Source: Trichomonas gallinae
Lineage: Eukaryota
Length of the DNA: 33,011 bases
NCBI GenBank assembly: GCA_008369845.1
Contig: MRSU01006943.1
Span: forward strand, 1-33,011
Reading direction: 5' to 3'
The notes beneath the pieces are model-generated. The model had not been told where the DNA came from. It searched no databases and was given only the letters and a program-made list of their open reading frames with translations. Below, in pieces: positions 20,241-30,291 of this stretch (its first letter is position 1; each line of letters starts with the position of its first letter). A program made the position numbers and the translations under genes.

Positions 20241-21533
20241 ATGACTGGAATCGGCAGCCTTCCACCCCTTCCTAGAGAGGGCCAAGAAGCGATGAAGATC
20301 CAAGAGTGGTTTTCAGATTTAAATGAAACCAATATCGAAAGAACTGCAAATCTTATATATGCTTCACAATACGCAAGACAGAAAGATCATACACCAACCC
20401 TCGTTAATGAGCTTATCAGAGTAATTCCATTGAGAACAGATTTAACGCCATTTATCGAAATGCTCAAGATTTTAAGATCAAGACAATCGCAGGCAAACGC
20501 AATTCAATATCTCTTCACTCTCATTGCATCATCCAGCTTGGCTCTTAACGTTGAATATAATGTTCACATCATTGTTCCTTATTTATACTTCTTAAGAAAA
20601 CTTATAACGGCCAAAGTCATCGAAATTTGGGATTTAGTTGTCCAAATCAAGAGATTTGTTAATAACAAGCCAAATCTTCAGTTCCTTTGCCTTTGTTACT
20701 TTGCTCCTGAAATTCAATATTCAGATAAAGAATATTATGCATATCTTAAGGAAAAGGCTTTAGAAATGAAAGTTACAGAACCAATTTTGGCCCCTCATCA
20801 GCAGAATTGGGCTGAATTAGAAGCAAACCGTTTCCAAATCTTGAAAGAATACATTGATTTTGGTGTTAGGAAATCCAGCATGGAGTACATGTTGCTCACA
20901 GACAACGTAAATGAATTCAGAAAATACTTTGAAGCAAATAATATTGAATTCAACGTCAGAATCCCAGAAAACGCTTTCACACCAGTGGAATTCGTCCAGT
21001 GGTCTCCATACGCTATAGAATATGCGACATTCTACGGATCTGTCAACTGCGTCAAGTATTTGATCGAAAAAGGCGCATCTCCAACAAATATTGCCCAATA
21101 CGCTATCGCAGGTGCAAGCATGACGACGATTCAGTTTTGCCAAAACAATCACATCTCTTTCAAGAACTCTCTTCGTCTTGCTCCTTATTATCGCAGACTC
21201 GATATCTATACTTACGTCATGCCACTCATCAAGAAGCCAAATCTCGGCAAGGAGCTTGGTTTCTGCATGGTTACAGCAGCTGGCTCAAATGATATCAGAA
21301 TTTTCCGCCAGATTTGCATGGACGGTGGCTACATCAATTTCTACGATGAGAACAAGGAAACACCTTTGATCATCGCAACAAAGAAAGGAAATGTTGAAAT
21401 GGCCAAATATATTTTAACATTCCCGAATGTAAAGAAGGATGTCGCAAACTGCTGGGGTAAAACAGCTGCTGAGCTTGCTCCAAAGTCATTGCAGGAAGTT
21501 TTCGCTCCAAAGAAGAAAGAGAAAGAAAATTAA
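20241..21533 (+). CDS. Ankyrin-repeat protein (DUF3447-like trichomonad family), 430 aa
   Basis: IEYATFYGSVNCVKYLI, IAQYAIAG, ETPLIIATKKGNVEMAKYIL, NCWGKTAAELA; upstream CYFAPEI motif. Confidence 0.9.
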   Translation: MTGIGSLPPLPREGQEAMKIQEWFSDLNETNIERTANLIYASQYARQKDHTPTLVNELIRVIPLRTDLTPFIEMLKILRSRQSQANAIQYLFTLIASSSLALNVEYNVHIIVPYLYFLRKLITAKVIEIWDLVVQIKRFVNNKPNLQFLCLCYFAPEIQYSDKEYYAYLKEKALEMKVTEPILAPHQQNWAELEANRFQILKEYIDFGVRKSSMEYMLLTDNVNEFRKYFEANNIEFNVRIPENAFTPVEFVQWSPYAIEYATFYGSVNCVKYLIEKGASPTNIAQYAIAGASMTTIQFCQNNHISFKNSLRLAPYYRRLDIYTYVMPLIKKPNLGKELGFCMVTAAGSNDIRIFRQICMDGGYINFYDENKETPLIIATKKGNVEMAKYILTFPNVKKDVANCWGKTAAELAPKSLQEVFAPKKKEKEN

Positions 21534-22101
21534 TTTTCTATTTTATTGTTCAGAAAAAAATGATGTGGTGATATTAAAGTTTATCTATTTGGATTATAAA
21601 AATTCATCTCTGTTATAATTTTATCCTTCAAAAACAAAATTATTTTTGAACAAAATTATTTTCTTCTTAAAATCTATTTTATTCATCTCATATTATATAT
21701 TATATCCCAAATATTATAAATAATCTATTATTTTGATATAAATTGATACTTTTCTATGATTATCAAAGATTTTTGATTTAAAATTTGCTTTATAGCTTAA
21801 TCAATTTGAGATTAATTTATTTTCAATCCAAAATAAAAGATTTAATAATATTTATTGACTTTTTATTAAAATATTTTTTGAAAATTATATTTTCATATAA
21901 AATTCTATTTTGTTAGAAAATGTTGATAGGATTGATCATATTCATTAGAGATATGTTATTGTTTAGTTTAATTACAGCATTTTTTTTTTATTTTCTTATT
22001 CTAAATATTTTGTTTCTAAATCTGTGTTTTGTGGATAAGAGAAACAAGTATTTAAAAGAATTTTTATTTTACATTATAAAAAAACAAAAGAAACAAAGTT
22101 G

Positions 22102-23766
22102 TTACTCCCAGGAAACTTTGATAACATCTTCATCTTTGAACGATTTCATGCAATACGGACATTTATTGTGGCACTTCTCTTTTTTAAGACATTTCTCGCA
22201 GAAAGTGTGGCCACATGTACCCAAGCACAGGTTCCTCTTGCAATCCTCGCACTTTATCGCGTCTTTCGAGTGAGATTTACGATGTTTAGTATTATTCGAT
22301 TTCATAGAATTTGTCTGAGACTCAAGAGTTTCGATCTCCTTGTTTATCTTCTTGAGCTCGTCCTTCTTCTGGCTTAGATTTTCCATTGAAACGTCAATTA
22401 AAAGCTTATACCAGTTATCTGCTGGAACCATTGCTGCTTGTGTCTCAAGAACATCGACGCTTTCGTATTTCTTGCCTGTTGTGCTGAAAACTTTCACGAA
22501 TTCTTCGACATCAGCTGTCATTTGTGATGCGACTTCAAAACAGTGTGCATAGGCCGTGAAACCATCATGAATCTGGTCTAAGATGATTTCTGATGCGGCC
22601 TTGAGCTGTTTCATTTCCTGACTGTCTGTTGGTTTCGATCTTTCAATTTTTTCGTCTAATTTTGAGATTGTTTCGCGGAATTCTTGGTTTGTTGCATTTG
22701 CTTCGGCACCAAACTTCTGAAGATTGTCGAGGAAAGCTTTAAGTTTGTCTGTATCAATGATTGATTCGATCATTTTTGTTTCTGCATCAATGTAGCTTTT
22801 ATTCGAATTTATGCATTTTTGTATTGAATTGGATGAGTATTTAGATTTAATTACCTTAATTGCGCGAAGTTCTGCGAGTTTAATATTCATTTCAGTATAT
22901 TTCTGTCGAATTGATGAAGAATCGTTCTTAATTTCGTTAATTGACTTGACTAAGTATTGTCCTGTTCCGTGGAAATTGGATCTAATCTGTCCTATTGTAG
23001 AAGAAAATTCATTTATATTTTTAGTATTGATTGTTAACATCTTTGAAAACTTTTCACGTGTATTTTTGTGGATTCTAATTAATGTTTGGAACTGTGGATG
23101 CTTTGAGACGATGCTAACGCTTGGATTTTGCAATAATAATTTATTTTCGTCATTTTTAGCGACTAAAACTGAATTTGCGTCTGTTAGTTTTTCTATAAGA
23201 CTCATTAGTTTCGTATTTACTTCTTGTAATGCGCAAACTTTATCATATTGAGTTGGATTTGATTTAAGAAAAGCTGGAGTGACTTTAATTAGCTTTGTAA
23301 ACTCGAGGGGATTTGGTGGGTCAACAATGAATTGAAATGATACTGCAGCTCTTTTCATATTCGGTAATTTTCGGAGTTTGAAGAAAATTTCACTTAAATC
23401 GAGTGATTTTATGAACAAATCGTTAAGTTTTATCATCAATTTATTGCTTATTGGGTCTGTTATTTTAGTCTGACTTGTATTCTGAATAATATCGTGGCAG
23501 AGAGTAGATATATATTCATACTCCTCAATTAGATTAGTTTTGCTCGCAAAAACTATATCCGGTAATTCAAACTGTTTCCTGAATATGTCTATGATCTGTT
23601 TGAGACGGTCCTCGTATTTTTCGCTGGAAGCAATAATTCCGTTTAATGCAGAGTTCACTGAGAAAATCGAGTCATTCGTTTTGCGCAGCTCGTCGAATTG
23701 GTCTGTCAGCTCTTCGTGGACGATCTTCAGGTTCGACTGGGAACGTTCTAACCTGCGTTTCGTCAT
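22102..23766 (-). CDS. Coiled-coil protein with C-terminal C3HC4 RING; BRE1-like E3 ubiquitin ligase candidate
   Basis: C-terminal CEDC-x8-CGHTFCEKC-x9-CPYC..SF..EDVIKV after long heptad regions. The start is placed at MTKRRLERS (ATG 23766) because the track's extension to 23892 has intergenic composition. Confidence 0.75.
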   Translation of the reverse strand: MTKRRLERSQSNLKIVHEELTDQFDELRKTNDSIFSVNSALNGIIASSEKYEDRLKQIIDIFRKQFELPDIVFASKTNLIEEYEYISTLCHDIIQNTSQTKITDPISNKLMIKLNDLFIKSLDLSEIFFKLRKLPNMKRAAVSFQFIVDPPNPLEFTKLIKVTPAFLKSNPTQYDKVCALQEVNTKLMSLIEKLTDANSVLVAKNDENKLLLQNPSVSIVSKHPQFQTLIRIHKNTREKFSKMLTINTKNINEFSSTIGQIRSNFHGTGQYLVKSINEIKNDSSSIRQKYTEMNIKLAELRAIKVIKSKYSSNSIQKCINSNKSYIDAETKMIESIIDTDKLKAFLDNLQKFGAEANATNQEFRETISKLDEKIERSKPTDSQEMKQLKAASEIILDQIHDGFTAYAHCFEVASQMTADVEEFVKVFSTTGKKYESVDVLETQAAMVPADNWYKLLIDVSMENLSQKKDELKKINKEIETLESQTNSMKSNNTKHRKSHSKDAIKCEDCKRNLCLGTCGHTFCEKCLKKEKCHNKCPYCMKSFKDEDVIKVSWE

Positions 23767-24701
23767 TCTTCCTAACCGAACAGACTCTTTCAATTTATTT
23801 TTTATTAGCAAGGGTCTTGCAAAAATAATAAGGGGTGTTTTATATTTTTCATTTATTTTTTGCTTAATAAAACATTCATTGATCATCTTCATAAAAATGT
23901 CAATCTACTACTCACATGTAAATTACCTATTGGATTGTTCTTTATTAAAAATGAGGCTAAAAAATAATTGAAAAATATTCTAATGGTGATGATCAAAATG
24001 CAGATTAAAACAATTGAACTTCTTCTTACCTTGCGTAAAACTTTAGTAATTTTTTTGATATCTTCAAATAAAATTTCGTTCATTATCAAAATTCGCTATT
24101 ACACGTCTTGTGGATAACGCTACAATATTAGAAAAGTGTATTCAAATGTAAATTCAGCGTATTTATTACAATAAAAGCAAAATTCGAAAGTCAACATTAA
24201 ATCGATTATCGAAATTCTAATTAATTGTTAAGTCTTATGACGTGTACTTGGTTATTAGCAACATTACAAAGTAAATGCATATCAAAATAAACTCTTTAAA
24301 ATATCGAAAAATCTAAATCTCAAAATTGCCTTAGTTATGTTATGCATTTTATACTTTATTTGATAATTATTACAGTTCCTAAAGTTTTTATGATCTTGTT
24401 ATAATCATAATTTTATACTGCGGAATATTTTTCTAAAAATTGAAAATTTCCACTAATAATAGCAGTAAATATATAGCATACAAAATGAATTTATATTATG
24501 TCATGATAAAATTATATAATTCTAATCCAATAATAAGTTACAGCTCAAAAGAAGTGCCCGAGGAATTTTAAAAAATTATTTTTGAAAATTAACATAAAAT
24601 ATGATAAATATAGCCAATAAAAAAGCGAAATACGCAATAAAATCGAGGGAGTAAAATTTGTTACATCAAATTGAGCACTTTTAACGTACATTTTTCGAAA
24701 A

Positions 24702-24779
24702 CCCGCCAATAAAAATTGCTTTTCTGAAGATATAGACCAAAAATAAAGTAGGAAAGGAAAAATTGAGAACATTGGCGGG
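24702..24779. promoter_or_regulatory. Inverted pair CCCGCCAAT / ATTGGCGGG (E2F-like TTGGCGGG overlapping CCAAT) upstream of the Myb gene
   Basis: Perfect 9-bp inverted repeat at 24702-24710 and 24771-24779, immediately 5' of GTCACTTT (24784) and the ATG (24802). Confidence 0.45.
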
Positions 24780-24801
24780 CTTTGTCACTTTTATCAAAAT
24801 C

Positions 24802-25620
24802 ATGGAAGTTTCAGCCCTTGCTCCTACACGTGCCCGCAGACAGACTGTGCATCTGACTACTAATGCCACGTGGACGAAAGAAGAAGACGATCTCTTGACG
24901 CAAATCGCTTCTTCACAGGAAAATATCGCATGGAGTGTAGTCGCTAAGCTGTTTCCGAACAAAACAGCTCCGCAATTGGCTGGAAGATGGGAAAAGGTTT
25001 TGGATCCGCACCTTATCAAAGGATCATGGACAAGAGAAGAAGATGAAATTATTATAGATTTCGTTTCAAAGAACGGCGACAAAGATTGGGCTAAGCTAGC
25101 TCTACTACTCAAGGGAAGAACCGGAAAGCAATGCAGAGAAAGATTCAAAAACCATCTTGATCCAAATGTTGCGAAAAATTCATGGACCGAAGAGGAAGAT
25201 AACAAGCTCATAGAACTACACGCCAAGTTTGGAAACTCTTGGACAAAGATTTCTCACTATTTCGAAGGTCGAACTGATAATTGCATTAAAAACAGATGGA
25301 ACAGTACTCTTAAGAAGAGACTTGAGCGCAAAGAGAAGGGAGAGCCCCTCATCATGAAGAGAGGAAGAAAACCGAAATCTGTTAAGATGAACATGCCAAA
25401 ACCAGATTTATCAGATTCTTTGTCTTCTACTGGATCTGTTTGCTCTTCGCCACTTCGTCCGTTCGATGGGAAGAGGAGTATAATCGATTTAGTCCCCTTG
25501 ACAGAGAATCTTTCGATTATACAGGCGAGATATGAAAACAACAAATCCCCGAAGCCAATGGCATCTCTCGAGGAGAATAGGAAGGGCTTATTTGAGCTCA
25601 TCGGTGCGGCTGCAAAGTAA
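24802..25620 (+). CDS. R1R2R3 (three-repeat) Myb transcription factor, 272 aa
   Basis: Repeats WTKEEDDLL..W..RW, GSWTREED..W..RTGKQCRERFKNHLDP and SWTEEED..GNSW..GRTDNCIKNRWNSTLKKR, then basic KRGRKPK. First ATG at 24802 lies downstream of the Inr-like TCACT. Confidence 0.95.
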   Translation: MEVSALAPTRARRQTVHLTTNATWTKEEDDLLTQIASSQENIAWSVVAKLFPNKTAPQLAGRWEKVLDPHLIKGSWTREEDEIIIDFVSKNGDKDWAKLALLLKGRTGKQCRERFKNHLDPNVAKNSWTEEEDNKLIELHAKFGNSWTKISHYFEGRTDNCIKNRWNSTLKKRLERKEKGEPLIMKRGRKPKSVKMNMPKPDLSDSLSSTGSVCSSPLRPFDGKRSIIDLVPLTENLSIIQARYENNKSPKPMASLEENRKGLFELIGAAAK

Positions 25621-26039
25621 TTTAGTTGTCTATGTCTTGTTTCTTCTGTTTATTTATTAGTAAATCATTATTTCTACTTTAATTCTGTCTATCATTTAAA
25701 AAATATGCTATTTCTATCTATTTTATACTAATTATCAAGTATTTATAAAGAAACATGCATTTTTTCTTAAAATATTTTCAATTTTTGGAAATAAAATAGG
25801 AATCATAGAAAATATTTAAGTTTATTTGTTATATTGATGCATCTAAATAAAATTATAGGTAATATATGTTTTAAAAATGAAAATTTAAAATTTGAAAATA
25901 ATAAATTAGAAAAACAGACAAAATATATATGAAAGAAATGGAAATAAAGAAGATTTAATATTAATGGAATTAAAGAAATTAAAATAAAATACAATGAAAT
26001 TTTAAATGATAAAAAAAATCTTTTAAAACATGAAATAAA

Positions 26040-28583
26040 TTAGTAGTGCTCAAGCCAGAAAGCACCTCGTTGGCCACTAACAGATCTCTCTCTATGTCTT
26101 CCTCTTCTGTCGCCAGAATCGTCTGAATCGACATAATCGCCTCTCCTGCTGTGTCCGTGATGGCGTCCGTGGCGGCTTGGTCTATGATGGTGATGGTGGT
26201 GATGTCCGTGACGGTGATGATGATGTCTGCTTCTTCTTGATTCTTCCTCATCTTCACTCAAAAGCTCGTCGTCGTCGTAATATTCGTAATCATCGGAGCC
26301 TCCTTCGTATGGATCCTCAATATTTTTAAGTCTGAGTCTGAGAGCAAGTCCTATGAATACGAAACCGATCAAAAGCAAGTGATTTGCAAACGAAACAAAT
26401 GCAGTTGCTTTCGCGAGATTCCTGACGATGTATATTGTAACTTGTATTGCTGGATCAATGAATAAGCTCAATGGGAAGTTCTTTGTCAATGCTCTTGGTA
26501 AGATTGTGGTGAGATAGATAGACATGTTTCTAATTGGGTCATCAATGATTCTTGCTGTTGAATCTGGTCTGATCTTAGAATTGTAATAAGCATAGAAACT
26601 CTCAGAAGCAAAATTAGTATAAAACTCTGTAGCAGAAGACTTCATATTTGCAAATCTTTCAGTAATGTTACCTTCAATCATAGGAGCAAGTGCATTAAGC
26701 ATTGTTAATGCTTCCTTTGCATTTTGTTCAGTTTGCTTTCCTTCAAGTTGTGTGCGAATCTGTGATATTGTATCTGTGTAGTTGATGAAGGAAGGAAGAG
26801 AAACGGCGGAGTCAATATTTGTGATGAATTCCATATTTGTGCCGATTGCTTCTTTGACTTGTAGTGAAAGAAGCGCTGCATAAAGAGAATGAAGAGCTGT
26901 AATCAGATTCCCTTCGCCGTAAACTCCTTTGAGGTAGTTATAAGGAATCATGGAAGATGCGTTGAAGAACTCAATGAGGCTCTCATTTCCATTTGCGAAA
27001 ATGAAGTTTGATGGTGTCCATTCTTCAAAATTGAAATTAGTTTGAGGAATGCGATAAGACAAGTTAGAACTGTATGTCTGTATTAAGAGTGAGTACTCAG
27101 GATAGAGAATCAGGTTTCCTGTGAACAATCCGCCGATTGATTTGACTAAATCGGCAGTGGCATCGAAAAGCTGGCTGTTTGTTGATACAAGGGCAGTGGA
27201 AAGCATAGTGGAGGCAACACCAACAGCAAAGACTAAGAAAATAGAAAGCCATGGGAAGATGCAGTTAAATCTTGAGCAGAAAAGGCCGAAAAGCAAGCCA
27301 TGGAATGCGAATATGTACAAGCCAATCATGAACAACAAAAGTGTTGCATAGAACAAGAAACTTACAAGAATTGTCCAAAATGTGTTCTTATAGCTTGATA
27401 AGCCGAATCCTAAGATGCTCTCAACTGTTGTGTTGCTGTTTGCCCGACAAAATTCATAGATTGGCTCTAAAACTGGTGAATAATCAAGGAATTTAGAGTA
27501 TTCATCTTTCTTCTCTATATATGGCTTAATAAGCTTTTCTTCAGTGCCTGACAAACTTGTATTTACACTTTCAAGTGATTGAGTGATATTGTCCTTTGAT
27601 TCTTTTGATTTAGTAATGATATCTTCAAGTTTTGGAGATGTAACGCCAGCAGTAGTTAATTTGGTTTGTAATTCCTTGATTTGCTTGTTTAAGTCAGCAT
27701 TTTCATCAAATAATGGATAAATTGATGGTGCTTCGGTCAAATTAGATTTCATGTAAGCAAAATCAGCCATCATCAATGTTTTGTGTGATGAGACCGATTT
27801 GTTATAATTATAAGAAAGGTTCTCTAATGTGAGGTTGATTGGAACAACAAGATTCTCGTTAATACTTGCTTCGATATTACCTGTTCCGTTTTTGACGTCG
27901 TGAACGAATGTTTGTATTGTGCTGTCGAGTTTGAAGAAGTTTGTCTTGGCAGCAAGCAGTGGTTTTCCAATATAGAAGAAAATAATTGAAGCAACGAATA
28001 AACAAAGGATTCCTAAGTAAAAGAAGATCATTTGGTATATTTTTGGTGATTCTTTCTTAATTGGATGGCCACAGCATGCAAAACAGCAGCAAGCAAAATG
28101 GAATAATATATTGATCACGAGAAGTATCAAAAATATGAGAGATGGACATACAAAACCTATCAGTTTACCCTTCTTGTTATCTTTAAATAGGGCAACAACC
28201 TCTTTTAGATAATTTTGATAATCAACTTGTGCGTCAATCGTTATATTTGGCAGTGTAAAATTGGTTTGTTGGAACTCATCTGATGTGCTAGCATTGATGA
28301 AATTTGGGAATTTTGTTATTTTTTGTAAAGCTTCTGTATAAATTTTAGAAGTGTCAATTGGATCACTTGAGTTATTATGCTTAATCTTGTTAAAGGCCGT
28401 TGTAAGAACGTTTGATAGATCTATATGTGTTTCTACAGTGGCACCTGCAATTTTTTTATTGTTAAATGCCTTTTTCGTTGTTGAATATAGAAATTTAGGC
28501 CACAGGAATACAAAACTATCCATAGGTTCGTAATCTGTATCATTGGATGCACTCAAACCGCTACAAAACAATAGAAATAGCAT
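26040..28583 (-). CDS. Five-TM glycoprotein with prominin/tweety-like topology and acidic plus His/Arg-rich tail, 847 aa
   Basis: Signal peptide; TM1 followed by FACCCFACC; TM2; about 200-aa helical loop; TM3/TM4 hairpin with CSRFNC; about 260-aa loop; TM5. Many N-x-S/T sequons in the loops. Confidence 0.75.
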   Translation of the reverse strand: MLFLLFCSGLSASNDTDYEPMDSFVFLWPKFLYSTTKKAFNNKKIAGATVETHIDLSNVLTTAFNKIKHNNSSDPIDTSKIYTEALQKITKFPNFINASTSDEFQQTNFTLPNITIDAQVDYQNYLKEVVALFKDNKKGKLIGFVCPSLIFLILLVINILFHFACCCFACCGHPIKKESPKIYQMIFFYLGILCLFVASIIFFYIGKPLLAAKTNFFKLDSTIQTFVHDVKNGTGNIEASINENLVVPINLTLENLSYNYNKSVSSHKTLMMADFAYMKSNLTEAPSIYPLFDENADLNKQIKELQTKLTTAGVTSPKLEDIITKSKESKDNITQSLESVNTSLSGTEEKLIKPYIEKKDEYSKFLDYSPVLEPIYEFCRANSNTTVESILGFGLSSYKNTFWTILVSFLFYATLLLFMIGLYIFAFHGLLFGLFCSRFNCIFPWLSIFLVFAVGVASTMLSTALVSTNSQLFDATADLVKSIGGLFTGNLILYPEYSLLIQTYSSNLSYRIPQTNFNFEEWTPSNFIFANGNESLIEFFNASSMIPYNYLKGVYGEGNLITALHSLYAALLSLQVKEAIGTNMEFITNIDSAVSLPSFINYTDTISQIRTQLEGKQTEQNAKEALTMLNALAPMIEGNITERFANMKSSATEFYTNFASESFYAYYNSKIRPDSTARIIDDPIRNMSIYLTTILPRALTKNFPLSLFIDPAIQVTIYIVRNLAKATAFVSFANHLLLIGFVFIGLALRLRLKNIEDPYEGGSDDYEYYDDDELLSEDEEESRRSRHHHHRHGHHHHHHHRPSRHGRHHGHSRRGDYVDSDDSGDRRGRHRERSVSGQRGAFWLEHY

Positions 28584-28591
28584 TTCAAAAA

Positions 28592-28596
28592 AATGA
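28592..28596 (-). promoter_or_regulatory. Initiator element TCATT
   Basis: Gene-strand TCATTTTTTTGAAATG. Confidence 0.55.
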
Positions 28597-30291
28597 TATA
28601 GAAGTGGAAATTTTGAAGTTTTATTGGAAATATAAACATATGTAATAGTATAGATGTCATTTCCGCAAAGAAATATGCATGTTCAGTTTTTTGCTGAGGT
28701 TTTTGAATCCATAGAAAAAAAATCTACAGAATTCAATGTAAAAAAACATTTTTGATTTTTAGTTGGTTACAGTTTGAACAATAAGATTATACTAAATCAT
28801 ATTTATTTTGACATGTAATTAAATATATTTGTCATGTAACTACCTTTGAAATTGAATATCCAACTCAAAACTCACGTTTCTACTGATATTTATTCATTTT
28901 TATTTATCATTTCATGCTTTAAATCATGATTTTTAAGCACTTATCATGGTAAATAATGATAAAATCAATAATTTCTTTCACAAGTCGTAAAATATGACAT
29001 CATGTGAAGCAATTGTTGCCGTATGATGATGCAATAAAATAATGAAGATAGAAATAATGAGGTTTTTCTATTAGTCGCATCGTTAAGTTGACATGTAAAA
29101 TCATATTTGTCGTTAATATGACACCGCGTTTTCCATGATACAGAAGCATGTAACGCTATTAATTTTCGATATTTTCGCGTTAATTGTTGTTTTAAGCTAT
29201 CCTCCCTCATAACCTCCTGTAAATATAATGAAATATCATCAAAATCTCACAGAAAATGATAATATTTTTAATTTTTGTCTCAAATGAAGATGATATTCAC
29301 TTTCATTAGTCTCATGGCAAACTTATTTTTGCTGTAATACTCTGTATAATATGAAATATTTTGGTTGAATATGAATAAGTTTTAAAAAGATTAATCTTTG
29401 TTGCAATTGACTTATTGTCTAAATTACTTTTTATTCTCTTAAATATAACCCTTATCCTCGCTGAAAATTTTCATGAAAAATTTAAAAATACAGAAAAAAA
29501 GCAAATAATATTTTAAATTTTCTTCATGGCAAATTTCTTTATCTTTTCAAGTTGAGAGAATCAGAGACATGACACTAAGGATTTATGCACAAAATCAAGG
29601 CGAAATTTGCAATAAAAAATGTTATTTGTTCTTTATTTTGATAATTTACTCAATGAAAACGACATACTTAGTGGTAACTATACTAGCTACACAGCATTTA
29701 ATAACATATCTCATTTCAATCCAAATTCTTTAGTCACGTATTATGAGACTTCTACAATTTGACACCAAAATATATCATGTAAATATTTACATGTCAGGAA
29801 ATCAAAACGTGATTTGAGGGAAAATTATGGGCAAAAACTCCCTCAAAAGTGCACCTAATGAGATCCTTATGTGAATATGTATAAAATTAAGCACATATGC
29901 ATGATTGAAAATAACTCAATTAATTAAATAACAAAGAAATTTCAATATTTCTTAAAGCATAGGTGCATATTAAATGCTAAACAAATATCTCCACAGACAC
30001 AAAGATAACAAGTATCTACATCACCATGGATACCAACAGCAGAACATCTGACAAAGGTTCTTATATTTTTTTTTTGGTTTTATTTCATTATGGATTGGAG
30101 TGTTACAATACTGGACTAGTATATATTGATCAAGCGATGATAATGGCTCTTATTATAAAGCAGAGAACATTAAATTTAAACAAGATTTCATATTGTTTGT
30201 CAAAAAAAATAGAAAATGCCGTTTAAAAATTATAACCGCCGGCCAACCCCTGAAATTTTTTTTTTAGATTTTTTTTTTCTAACAAAATATA

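Noticed and set aside
23767..23892. N-terminal extension of the RING protein in the ORF track
   Set aside because: Intergenic-like composition; coding-like sequence begins at MTKRR (23766).
29023..29100. Box C-like ATGATGA
   Set aside because: No box D (CTGA) at a suitable distance and no terminal stem.
30026..30226. 66-aa ATG-initiated ORF upstream of the coiled-coil gene
   Set aside because: No recognisable features and includes a poly-T run; cannot be supported from sequence alone.
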